Shown piece after piece: positions 35,301 through 48,100 of a stretch of DNA of 64,000 bases (position 1 is its first letter; each line of letters begins with the position of its first letter). Source of the DNA: Squalus acanthias. Taxonomy: Eukaryota. The DNA lies in the NCBI GenBank assembly GCA_030390025.1, contig JASTWF010000351.1, positions 124,001 to 188,000 on the forward strand, read 5' to 3'. Both the position numbers and the translations under genes were made by a program. Under the pieces are notes generated by a model. That model was not told where the DNA came from, did not search any database, and saw nothing but the letters and a program-made list of their open reading frames with translations.

Positions 35301-38300
35301 TCGACGACCTGACCGAGACGGGACTCCAGGTCGAGCACTTCTTTCTCCAATCGCCCGACCCGGGCCTCCCGCCTCTTGGTCGACCCCTTCGCGTAGTCCT
35401 GACAGAAGACGCGGACGTGAGCCTTGCCCACGTCCCACCATAGCCTCAAGGAGGGGAAGCCTCCCCGCTTCCTTGTCCAGTCGGCCCAGAACCGGCGAAA
35501 CGAATCCCGGAACCGCGCGTCCTCCAGCAGCAGGTTGTTAAAATGCCAGTACGCGGACCCCCCCCCGCGCGCGCAGCGGAGCGAGCTCCGCCCACACTAG
35601 GTGGCGGTCCGTGCACGGCACCGGCCGCATGGAAGCCGCCGGAACGCAGGAGACGTACGCCCGGGAAATGTAAAGGCGGTCGATTCTGGACCTTCCTCCT
35701 CCAGACCTCACGCTCGTGAAGGCGCTGGAGTCGGGATGGAGATTTCGCCAGACGTCCACCAAGTCGAAGGACCCGACCAGGTCCCGCAACTACTCCATCG
35801 CCGCCGGGCTTCGCGGGGGACCCGACCGGTCCCGCACCTCGAGGGTACAATTGAAATCCCCCCCGAGGATGACGCACTCGCCCACGTCGATGGAGCCCAG
35901 AAGAGCGGACACTTCTCCGAAGAAGCGCACTTGCTGCGCACCGGTCCGGGGGGCGTAAACGTTCACTAAATGGAGCGGCACGCCTCCCAGGTGAACAGTG
36001 ACCTGGAGCAAGCGGCCCGGCACGTGCTCCTTGACCCTCAAGATCTCCAGCTGAAAATGCGGGGCCAGCAAGACAGCCACCCCAGCAGGAATTGTTGGAG
36101 AGGTGACTCATGCTGACCCCTCCTTGCCACTCCAGGAGCCACGTGGCCTCGTCTCCCGGAACGGTGTGGGTTTCTTGCAGGAAGCACACCGCATATTTCC
36201 CGTCCCGAAGGACCGAGAAGTTATTGAATCTACGGCGCGCCTCCCTGCTGCCGTTGATGTTGAGGCTGGCTATGGTTATCTTCATCTCAGAAGCATAGTG
36301 CAACCTCTACCTAACGGAGGGGAGGGAGCGCGGTCACTGACGACCGCCACTCCCTCAGCAGCCCAGTGTGGAAACTCTTGAGCCGACGCAGCTCGAGCCG
36401 GCCAACGTCCTTGTCCGCGCCAATGATTTTAACGGCGGCGCGGACGGACACGACGAGCAGCGCCAGCTCCGACCACTTGTCGAGGGCCAGCCGGATATTC
36501 TTGTGACGACCCTGGCTCGTGGCCATAAAATCCCTGAGTTCCCCTACGGGGATGAGGGGAGAGTCGGTGAAGGGCACGAGGGCGTCCATCGCCTCGCTGC
36601 CGATGGACTCCAAATCGTCCTCGGTGCCCAACACCGAGTCCCCGTCCTCCTCCGGGAGGTCGTCACCGGCGGCCAACCCGTCCGTCGCACGGGGTGCAGC
36701 GAACGGCTCGGCCGCACCGGCCGGCCCCGCCTCCGTCACGATCCCACCCCCAGGATCGGCGGCAGAGGAGTCCACCCTGGGCTCCTTCAGGGGCGCCGGG
36801 CCGGGAGGCGGCGGCGGTTCGGGGTCCCCCCTCGCCTCAGGCGCCGGAGCGACCGGAGAAACCGGGGAGAAAATAATCTCAAAGTCCTCCAGTACGTCCG
36901 GCGCCAACATCAGAGACGGAGTCAGGGGGCTTTCTGTCTCCCCGCCACCAACCTCCGACCCAGTGGGCTGGGGATTGTTGTACTCCTCCACCAGGTCGAG
37001 CAGTCCCTGGGTGATATCTGGGTTGTAAAAGGCGGGCTCGGCTTCAGCCTCTTTGGCCTCGCCCGCCCCAGTCCCCAGGACGCCCGACCCGGCGATGAGC
37101 AACGGTTCTGGATTTTTATTATTAATATCCGCGGGTTGTTCCACGCCCCCCCCCCACGGGCAGGGTCTCTTCCCCATCCCCGGGAGGCACAGGTCGGACA
37201 GACTCGGCTGTCTCACCCTCCCGAGGGACAGGCGACCCCTGCCGCTCGCGCGCGACGATGACGGTAGTGGGGTGGGGCGCAGCACCCGCGGCGGGCGACT
37301 CCCCCCCTTCTGCGGAGGGACCTTCCTCCTCGCAGTCCTCCTCCTGGGGGTGGAGCTTCCTTTTTAACATGTTGGGGCCCGGAGAGGCGGAGGCCTCCAT
37401 GTCTGCTGGGGCCTCCCTCTCTGCCCCCTTCTGATGACTGGGTTTCTTGGGCCCCTCGGGTCCGAGCCCGGCCGCAGGTCTTGATTTAGCTGCCTTGGCA
37501 GTTGTGGTCACGGTCACGGGCCCGGGCACGAGGACCCCCCCAGTCTCACGCGTCCCGGTCAACTCTGCGATGTACGCGGGCGTGAGTTCGGGCAAATCGG
37601 ATGTTTCCTCCACGAGGGGATCCGCCCTTAGGTGTTTAGTCTTTCTAAGCGCCTTCCTTCCCCTCGGACGCTCTCCCTCCCCCCCGCCGGAGGCCGTGAT
37701 GGTGTTGGCCTCCGATTTCGACCGCGCATCCGTCGCCCTCGACGCGCGGACAGTATCAGGGGGAGGGGGGGCGGCGGCGCCAGCCCTGGCCGCGCTAGGT
37801 GTCGTGGCGGCCTTGGAGGCGGGGCAGTTTTTGCGGACGTGCCCCACCTCCTTACAGGCGTAGCACCGCACGCCGTCCGAGGTCCAGAAGACGCGGTGGG
37901 CGGTCCCGCCGTGGAGCACCGTGAACGCGCCGTCCGCGTCCTCCTCCCGCGCCAGCCGGACGAAAAGCTGGCGCCGGAAGGAGAAGACGTGCCGAAGGCT
38001 GGCTTCCCGGAAGCCGAGCGGGATGGGTGTGATCCCCGACCTCACCTCCCCCAGTTGACGTAGGTGGGGGAGGAGGAGCTCACCCGGAACAAAGGGCGGG
38101 ATGCTGGAAACAACAATCCTTTGCGCGGTGGCCTCAAGGGGGTCCACCGGCAGGAAGGTCCCGCCCACGGTGAGCCCCTTCTCGATGGCCAGGGACACCG
38201 CCCGCTCCGACCCCAGGAAGAACACAGCCTTGCCGTACATTTTAGAGGCGGAGACGATGGCTGAAGGGCCGACAACCCCAGCCATGGCTTTCACGCACGC

Positions 38301-39434
38301 CTCTATTGTCATATGGGGTGAGTGTAGCTCTTGATCCCATTCTTCCTCGTAAGGAGGGTAAAAGGTGACGGGGTAACAGGAGGACTCGTGGCTGCGGCCG
38401 TGGCCGCGGCTGCCACGCCCGCATACGTCCTCGCTGCCCCCGCCACCGACGAAGATGTGCTCGCCATAATGGACGGGTCTTTAAGGGCTACACTCACCCC
38501 AAGTCACAGGCCTGAAGGTGTTAATGGCCTCGGTTTTGTATTTTTTTTTCCCCCTGAGCAGAGGGAGCTCTTAAATTGAAGGCACACCTCTCCCTTTATA
38601 TGAATTAATTAGGAGAGGGGCCTTCTCCCCTCTGCTCAATGGGTACTTAATTAAAAGTAAATTGAGGTGCCTCTTAGAGAGAGAGGCAGAGAGAGACAAG
38701 AGACAAAGAGAGAGAGAGAAGGGGTGGGAAGGAGGGAAGCCGCAAGGGCAGGGTCGCCACTCAGGATGGTGGGTGGGTGGGTGTTGGCAGGGGGTGCACT
38801 CTCCGATGTAAAATAAAAGTCTTTGGTGGTGGTCTTCTGGTGGGGGGAGAAGATGTCTTCACCTGGGAAAGCTGGAGATGCCCAGGCTCAGTCCTGCACC
38901 AGGTCTTAACGATGCCCAATTAGATGCTGTTGAATTGGGGACTTCACCTAGGCAGCTCCAGCTTTCCCAGGTCAGGCAATGGGAAGGGGTGTTAATTAGT
39001 GGTGTGTGCGGCCTAGTTTTTACAAAAGCCACACACACACACACACACACCCCTTGGATGTTCCGGCCTTCTTCTTTTCTTCTTTCCTCCCCCCACCTAC
39101 AAAACAAAGTCTCTGGAAGAGTGCACCAGAATCACACCCACCTGTAGCTGATATTCTTTCCTTCCTCCCTCCTTCCAAACAGTTGATGGTTGTTGTGATG
39201 TTTTCTCCCCTCTCTCCCTCTCCTAAAATGGAGGCCAATTGAGGAGGCAGTGATGGAAAGGCCTCTCCTCTGGTGTTAATGGCCTTGGCCTTGGCCTTCT
39301 TTTCTTTCTCCTCTCCTGTCCTCTCTCTCCAGGCACCTCAGTTGTAGTGGTTGTGTTGGTGGTGGTCTGCTGTCTGGTCTCCTTCTCCTCTTCCTGGCCA
39401 CAGAGACCACCACTCTGCTGCTGCTGCTCCTCAG
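32314..39434 (-). mobile_element. Tx1-type (L1-clade) non-LTR retrotransposon, copy 1, nearly full length; ORF1 38467-36311 and ORF2 36285-32383, both frameshifted
   Basis: ORF1 knuckle CYACKEVGHVRKNC; ORF2 ASLNING, LQETH, GGDFN, SRIDR, KSPGLDG, RQGCPMSG, YADD, C-terminal CHFCGLEESVFHIYVEC. Confidence 0.95.
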
Positions 39435-39623
39435 TCAGCAGCTCCGAAAGCTTGTGATTTCAAATAAAGCTGTTGGACTATAACCTGGTGTTGTGCGACT
39501 TCTCATTTTTGTCCACCCCAGTCCAACGCCGGCATCTCCACATCATGAGTATAACAAGGGGGACATACAGCAGACTCCGCATTAACAGTCTCAGTATTCC
39601 AGATTGTGGTGAGATCAGTTTAG

Positions 39624-40037
<414 letters not shown>

Positions 40038-40610
40038 ACTCACCCTGTCCGGCTCCAGACTTTAGCACCAAATACAACAACGGCTCTTTTAAGAGCCACC
40101 AAATCAGCAAATGAAAGAGCTGCGATCGGCGCAAGGCAAACTGGACTGTACACACCCCGTGCAGGTCTTGTAGTGTTACTGGAACTGGGGATTTATAATG
40201 TGGGGGCAGTGAATATCTGACGGTGCGAGTTTGATCTCGGTTGAAATGTGAGTGTGCTGCCCAGTAGACTGACTGCACCCGCCCAGTGTGGGTCGGAAAC
40301 TATAAGTGGGAGCTCTGATAGTAAATTGATCCAACTCCACATGCCGGGATAGATTATCGAGAGAACGAGGTGCCTGAAGTCTGAATTTCGCATTTAAAAC
40401 CAGCTCTTAACGTGGGGACAGGTGGGAACTTTAGTTACTATTTGGAATATTTTTTCTTAACCAGAGTTGTAATTCTGTTTCGATCCTGTCTGCATAATAA
40501 AAGGGGAAATGCTTGGGTTCAGGATGTCTAGTTCGGTAACCAGCCCTTCCCAGATACAGTGGGCGGCTCTGAAAAGAGCCTTTGGGTTATTAGATTGAAT
40601 CTTGTCCGCT

Positions 40611-41057
<447 letters not shown>

Positions 41058-42002
41058 TTATACTTTCTGGAGGAATGCAGAGAATGATCTTGTGATTGGT
41101 CGCTCTGTGGTGAATTTCATTGGTGTTTTCCGGAGACCAATCACAGTCTGTTTAGCCCGCCAATGAAAAGAGGGCGGAAATAAATGTCCTCAACAGTCAA
41201 ACCGCCAACGATATTTTAATTTCAAAAAGCCCGCCAATATTTTTCTAAACGAGCGAATTAAGTTAATAAATTTACTCTTATCCAAAGAGATCCGAACAAT
41301 TCCTTTTATCTCATTCATGGAAATTCCAGGCTGTTACGATCAGGATAAATTTCTGGTTCAATTTCAAATTGTAACGGGACACATTCCAGCTAAATCTTAT
41401 TAAAAGTGAGGTTTCACAGATTATCGATCTTTCTTTTGCATCGGCGTTGCTGCGGGAGTAAAGCCAGGACTAGGAGTCCGTCTGTGAATAGAGAAGAGGG
41501 ACAGAATGCTCAAACTGCCCCCTTTCTTGTCTCTCTAACTACTCCCATTCTGGGTTGTTACACTGCACGAAGTCTAGAGTGAATAAATCGATTGACTCCA
41601 AACTGGCATTAAAACTCATTTAAAAGATCTTGACAGAGAACGAGGTGACTGAAATCGGAATCTCATCCGTAAAACAAGCTCTTAATTCGTCGGCAGGCGC
41701 TGTAAATGAACGGTCTGAGAGCAAAGGGAAAGAGCGACCAGGGACAGTGTTTGTCGTTTACTGGGCGTGAAATACAACAGCGACGCTAAAGTCGATCCGG
41801 TCAGTGAAACTGCTTATCTGAATTCAAATTTAAATCTACAGCTGGAAATTCAAACGTTCTCAAACACAGTTGTTATGTAAATAATTACAGTAAATTCAGT
41901 CTAAACGGAGATGCGTTTGTGTAGCTCTTTCAGAGAGGTTGTGGGTGGCTCTTAAAAGAGCCGTTGTGTTTTGGGTTTGTTCCTTCAGGACAACGTGGAG
42001 TT

Positions 42003-42377
42003 TTACTTGGAGCTGGTGTATTTGGTCACCGCCTTTGTCCCTTCCGACACGGCGTGCTTGGCCAGCTCCCCGGGCAGCAGCAGGCGCACGGCGGTCTGGA
42101 TCTCCCGGGAACTGATGGTGTGCCGCTTGTTGTAATGGGCCAGGCGGGAAGCCTCACCCGCGATGCGCTCGAAAATATCGTTCACAAACGAGTTCATGAT
42201 GCTCATGGCTTTGGAGGAGATGCCGGTGTCGGGATGAACCTGCTTCATCACTTTGTAGATGTAGATGGAATAACTCTCTTTCCTCGACTTTCTGCGCTTC
42301 TTGCCGCCCTTCCCTGCCGGTTTAGTGACGGTTTTCTTGGCGCCCTTCTTGGCAACTGGTTTCTTATCATCAACCAT
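42003..42377 (-). CDS. H2B: Histone H2B, 124 aa
   Basis: [12 protein letters not shown]...[11 protein letters not shown]...AVTKYTSSK; stem-loop 41947-41962; octamer-like ATTAGCAT at 42455-42462 (minus). Confidence 0.97.
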   Translation of the reverse strand: MVDDKKPVAKKGAKKTVTKPAGKGGKKRRKSRKESYSIYIYKVMKQVHPDTGISSKAMSIMNSFVNDIFERIAGEASRLAHYNKRHTISSREIQTAVRLLLPGELAKHAVSEGTKAVTKYTSSK

Positions 42378-42577
42378 TCTCAATCTCGATGTCAGATGCA
42401 AAATGACGCAAAGTCCCTCCGGGCTCGGCTGAAATAGGCTGCCCTCACAGCCCTATGCTAATGAGGGATTGGTGAAGACTGTGATTGTTATAGGCTGGTT
42501 AGGATTGATGTCAATTTCTGTTGTTCCACATCTCTCTGATTGGCTGCTTGATACATCCATTCAGATTGAATGATTGC

Positions 42578-42718
42578 TGTGAAACGGCAGGGCCGCACTC
42601 TCTGTGGATTCGGCGGCTGAACAACTCGACCCTTTCCACCAAACACAACACAAAGGCTCTTCTAAGAGCCACCCACCGCCTCACTGAGAGAACAGTAACC
42701 TGGGAGCGGGGCTAGATT
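42578..42718 (+). pseudogene. H4: Orphan H4 3' end with stem-loop
   Basis: KRQGRTLCGFGG* followed by a UTR and GGCTCTTCTAAGAGCC colinear with 29049-29192. Confidence 0.88.
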
Positions 42719-43069
42719 GTGGATTTACATTGTGATCGGTGTAGATCTATATTTTATTCCTACATCAAATTTAGGTGTGGCGGTGTTTTAAATCAGCATA
42801 TGCACGATGGATCGAATGGCCTTTAATCTTAGAATCGTAGAGATTTACGGCACAGAAGGAGGCTATTCCACCCTTCGCCTCTGCAACCGTAGCCTTGTCG
42901 GCAGCGGCGCTTCTGTACCTGTCATTTTCTGGTCGGGATTTATGTGTGTGTTGATTTTACTCTATATCTGTCAATTTCTGGGATGTGACTGAGAGTTATT
43001 GCGTATTTCTTAGTGTCTAGTATGTGAGTGTGGGTTTTACTGTATAGCTGTCTGTCTCTGCGATGTATA

Positions 43070-43201
43070 GTATTATAGAAATTTACGGCCCATCGTGTCT
43101 GTGTCAGCCAAAACAAATCTATAAGCCAAATCCCACTTTACAGCTGTTGCTCCGTCGCCTTGCAATTTACGGCACTTTATGGTCATATCCAAGCACTTTT
43201 T
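43070..43201 (-). mobile_element. Small decayed CR1 3' end (another at about 42830-42900)
   Basis: atagaaatttacggcccatcgtgtctgtg resembles the reverse complement of the CR1 3' ends at 5745-5890 and 10050-10200. Confidence 0.55.
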
Positions 43202-43290
43202 TAAAACTCCACGCTGTCCTGAAAGAACAAACTCAAAACACAACGGCTCTATTAAGAGCCACCCACAACCTCTCTGAACGAGCTACACAA
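43202..43290 (+). pseudogene. H2B: Orphan H2B stop codon and 3'UTR with stem-loop (loop variant); no coding region
   Basis: taaaactccacg.tgtcctgaa.gaacaaac.caaaacacaacGGCTCTATTAAGAGCCacccacaacctctctgaa matches the reverse complement of about 41915-42005. Confidence 0.85.
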
Positions 43291-43925
43291 AAGCGTGTCC
43301 CTTTCGACTGATTTTGCTGTTTTTTTTCTCAGTTTACTGTAATTATTTCCTGAACACGTGTTTGAGAACATGTTTTAAGTTCCAGTTGTAGATTTAGTTT
43401 GGAATTCTCAGATAAGCAGTTTCATAATCCGTTTCGAGCTGAGTGTCGCTGTTGAATTTCCCTCCCAGTAAACTACAAACACGGCCCCTGTTCGCTCTTT
43501 CCCTTTGCTCTCAGACCGGACGAATTAAAAGCTTGTTTTAGGGATGAGACTCGGATTTCAGTCACCTCGTTCGCTGTCAAGACCTTTTCAATTTTTTTGT
43601 AAAGCCAGTTGGGAGTCAATCCGTTTGTTAACCCGAGACTTCCTGCAGAGTAACAACGCAGAATGGGAGTTCGTACAGAGACCAGAATGGGGGCAGTTTG
43701 AACACTTTGTCCCTCTTCCTTTTTACAGAAGGAGTCCCTGTTCTGGTTTCACTGCCGCAGCAGCGCCTGTGCAAAGGATCGATCGATAATCTGTGAATCC
43801 TCACTTTTACAAAGATTGAGCTGGAATGTGTCCCGTTACAGAATCAATGCAAATTGATTCCCGCCCGTTACAGTTTGAAATTGAACCCGAAATTAATCCT
43901 GATTGTAACAGCCTAGAATTTGAAA

Positions 43926-44077
43926 AAAATGAGAAGTCGCACAACACCAGGTTATAGTCCAACAGCTTTATTTGAAATCACAAGCTTTCGGAGCTGTTGC
44001 TCCTTCGTCGGGTGAAGGAGCAACAGCTCCGAAAGCTTGTGATTTCAAATAAAACTGTTGGACTATAACCTGGTGTT
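43926..44077. mobile_element. Miniature palindromic PLE insertion (two inverted terminal-repeat arms); right arm and tail continue at 59781-59847; 12-bp TSD
   Basis: 43944-44007 is near reverse-complementary to 44014-44077; tagaatttgaaa at 43914-43925 and 59848-59859. Confidence 0.88.
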
Positions 44078-44474
44078 CTTCTTTTCTTCTTTCCTCCCCC
44101 CACCTACAAAACAAAGTCTCTGGGAGAGTGCACCAGAATCAAACCCACCTGTAGCTGATGTTCTTTCCTTCCTCCCTCCTTCCAAACAGTTGATGGTTGT
44201 TTGTGTTGTTTTCTCCCCTCTCTCCCTCTCCTAAAATGGAGGCCAATTGAGGAGGCAGTGTGGAAAGGCCTCTCCTCTGGTGTTGATGGCCTTGGCCTTC
44301 CTTTCTCCCTCCTCTCCTGTCCTCTCCCTCCAGGCACCTCAGTTGTAGTGGTTGTTGGTGGTGGTCTGCTGTCTGGTCTCCTTCTCCTCTTCCTGGTCAC
44401 AGAGACCACCACTCTGCTGCTGCTGCTTCTGCTGCTGCTGCTGCTCCTCACTCTCCTTCTCCTGGCTGCTGAGG
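44078..44474 (-). mobile_element. Tx1 array piece 1: 5'UTR-only fragment
   Basis: Matches the 5' ends of full copies (39071-39434, 51915-52303); flanked by the target motif on both sides. Confidence 0.9.
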
Positions 44475-44489
44475 CTATAACCTGGTGTT

Positions 44490-44817
44490 CCTCTTTTTGG
44501 TTGGACAGAACCCAAATTAACTGTAAATCAATTAAAACTTTAAATGAAACTTAATAAATCAAATTAAAATTTGGAAGTCCGGGGTGACGATGCACTCCAG
44601 TCCCCGCGGCGCCCACCGGTCGCGAAAAAACTCAAGCGTGCCGGCGGACACCGCGTGCTCCATCTCCAGGGCCACCCGGGCGCGAACATGGCCGCGGAAG
44701 AGAGGCAGGCAATCGGGCCGAACGACACCCTCGACCGCCCGCTGCCTGGACCAATTAAAGGCTTTCTTGGCCAGGCCCATTAGCAGTCCTACGAGGAGAT
44801 CCTCCGACCTACCCGCT
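44490..44817 (-). mobile_element. Tx1 array piece 2: 5'-truncated 3' end
   Basis: ORF2 C-terminus ...ECIVTPDFQILI plus 3'UTR. Confidence 0.92.
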
Positions 44818-44831
44818 TATAACCTGGTGTT

Positions 44832-45159
44832 CCGCTTTTTGGTTGGACAGAACACAAATTAACTGTAAATCAATTAAAACTTTAAATGAAACTTAATAAA
44901 TCAAATTAAAATTTGGAAGTCTGGGGTGACGATGCACTCCAGTCCCCGCGGCGCCCACCGGTCGCGGAAAAACTCAAGCGTGCCGGCGGACACCGCGTGC
45001 TCCATCTCCAGGGCCACCCGGGCGCGAACATGGCCGCAGAAGAGAGGCAGGCAATCGGGCCGAACGACCCCCTCGACCGCCCGCTGCCTGGACCAATTAA
45101 TGGCTTTCTTGGCCAGGCCCAGGAGCAGTCCTACGAGGAGGTCCTCCGACCTACCCGCT
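44832..45159 (-). mobile_element. Tx1 array piece 3: 5'-truncated 3' end with the same breakpoint as piece 2
   Basis: Both end at ctacccgct|tataacctggtgtt. Confidence 0.92.
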
Positions 45160-45173
45160 TATAACCTGGTGTT

Positions 45174-48100
45174 CCTCTTTTTTTTTTGGTTGGACAGAAC
45201 CCAAATTAACTGTAAATCAATAAAAACTTTAAATGAAACTTAATAAATCAAACTAAAATTTGGAAGTCCGGGGTGACGATGCACTCCAGTCCCCGCGGTG
45301 CCCACCGATCGCGGAAAAACTCAAGCGTGCCGGCGTACACCGCGTGCTCCATCTCCAGGGCCACCCGGGCGCGAACATGGCCGCGGAAGAGAGGCAGGCA
45401 ATCGGGCCGAACGACCCCCTCGACCGCCCGCTGCCTGGACCAATTAATGGCTTTCTTGGCCAGGCCCAGGAGCAGTCCTACGAGGAGGTCCTCCGACCTA
45501 CCCGCTCCCCTCCGCACCGGGTGACCGTAGATCAGGAGCGTGGGGCTGAAGTGCAACCAGAAATTGAGGAGCAACCCCTTCAAATAATGAAAGAGGGGCT
45601 GCAACCTCTCACATTCAATATAAATGTGAAAGACGGACTCCTCCAGGCCGCAGAAATGGCAAGCAACCTGGGAGTCCGTAAACCTATTTAAAATCCTATT
45701 GCACGGGACTGCTCCGTGCAACACCCTCCAGGCCAAGTCCCCAATAGAACAAGGGAAGACTCCCGCGTAGAGAGCCTCCAATGGGGACCTTCGCCTCCGC
45801 CGGACGGCAGGATGGTACGCCAAGGCGTGTCCGGACGGCAGACGAAGATGGCAAAGTGGAGAGTGTGCAGGAGCAGCCCGTACAGGAAACGCCTCCGTGC
45901 GGATTGAAAGGGCACGGAGGGCATTTCTCCGAGAAGGCTCAAGTGGTGAGGCGGCGACTCCCGAGGGAGGATTCGGGGCCGGGCGCCGATAAGGAATTCC
46001 GTCCGAACGGGGGTCAGTTCGGACGGGATCGCCCCACGTGCTTGAGCCTCCTCGACACACCTAGTGGAGACGGGGCACAGTGCCACTTTTAGCGACTCGA
46101 TGGCTTTGACCGCGAGCCGGACGTTGACCCAGGACATGCGCCTCGCCAACTCCTCCGGCGCCATCCAGCCCGCTCCTCCGCCATCGAGCAGGTCCCCGAC
46201 TCTGGTCACCTTACCGGGCACAGCCCTGCCCTCCGCCAGCCAGCCGAACCCGCGGTCGTGGAGGTGCGGATTCCTGAATAGCGGCTCCCGAAGGACGGCC
46301 GCCACTCCTGACGGGGGAGAACTGCGCTCGGAGGCGACGCTGTTCCAAACCCATAGCAGTTCCTGGTAGAAGACAGGCAGCTCCCGCAGGCTGGCACGCG
46401 TGCCACCCACTCTCACAAACAGGAGCTGCATGTCGTAATTGAGGCCGTGCAGCTGGCGGAAGAAATACGTCGCCAGCGCACGCCACCGAGGAGGATTCTC
46501 CACGTACAGGTATCTCTGCAGCGTCTGAAGACGGAAAGTCGCCGCCTGGGTGCGAAGGCACACCAGCGCCTGACCGCCCTCCCTAAGCGGGAGACTCAAA
46601 ACCGCGGCAGAGACCCAGTGCTTCCTTTTGTCCCAGAAGAAGTCGACGAGCTTCTTCTGCATCTTGGCGACAAACGCAGGGGGAGGGATCAAAGTGACCA
46701 AACGGTACCACAACATGGCGGCCACCAGCTGGTTTATGACCAGCGCTCGATCCCTGTAGGACAACACTCAGAGCAGTCCTGTCCAGCGCCCTAGGCGAGC
46801 GGTGACTTTGGCCTCCAGCTCTTGCCAGTTCGCCGGCCAGGCGTCCTCGGCTGGGCTGAGGTAGACTCCCAGGTAGAGGAGGTGCGTGGTGCTCCAGGCG
46901 AAAGGCCCGAACTCCTCCGGCAGGGAGTCCACCTGCCATGGGCCCACCAGGAGTCCAGAACATTTCTCCCAGTTGATCTTGGCGGAGGATGCGTCCGAGT
47001 AAATCTGCTGGCATTCTCGCATCCTCCGCAAGTTGACGGGATCCGTGACCGCGAGGAGCACGTCATCGGCGTAAGCCGAGAGGACCACCTCCATGCCCGG
47101 CCCTTGCAGAGCCAGTCCCGTCAACCTCTTCCGCAAGAGGCGCAGGAAAGGCTACACGCAAACGGCGTATAACTGACCGGACATGGGGCATCCCTGACGC
47201 ACCCCTCTCCCGAAGCGAAGGGGCGCCGTCAAAGACCCGTTAACTTTAATCAGACACTCCGCGGCGGCGTACAGTTGTCGGATCCGGGCGACGAAATGCG
47301 TCCCGAACCCGAATGCGCACAGAGTCCCGAAAAGATACTCGTGATCCACCCTGTCGAACGCCTTCTCCTGATCTAGGGAAAGGAAGGCGACCGACAGACC
47401 AGCCCTCTGGGAATGGTGGACCAGATCCCGGACCAGATGGATGTTATCGTTGATACTCCGGCCCAGGACCGCGTAGGACTGGTCGGGGTGGATCATGTGG
47501 GCCAGCATGGTGCCAAGGCGAGCAGACATAGCCCTGGCGAAAATTTTGTAGTCCGTGCAGAGGAGGGAGACCGGGCGCCAGCTCTTAAGTAGGCGGAGAT
47601 CGCCCTTCTTGGGCAGCAGGACGATGACCGCCCTGCGCCAAGAGAGGGGCATCTCCCCGGTCGCCAGACTTTCCCCCAGGACCCGCGCGTAGTCGTCCCC
47701 CAAGACGTCACAGAATGCCCTGTGGAACTCCACGGTCAGCCCGTCCAGCCCCGGGGACTTGCCCCTCGAGAGCTGGCGCAGGGCGCCGGTCTGCTCCGCC
47801 AGGCTTATGGGAGCTTCTAAATTCTCGGCGCCCTCCGGGCCGACCTTCGGCAGGTCCTCCCACAAAACTCTACGCGCATCCTCGCTAGACAGATCCGAAG
47901 AGAACAGAGCCCCGTAATAGGCCCGGGCCTCCGCGCTGATGCCCTCCGGATCCGAGACCAGAGATCCGTCGTCGGCCAGCAGCCCCAAGAGCTGCTTACG
48001 GACCCCCCGTCTTTTTTCCAGCGAGTAGAAGAAGGGGGAGCCGCGGTCCAGGTCCCGCAGGAACTGGATCCGCGACCTCACGTACGCGCCTCGGGACCCG

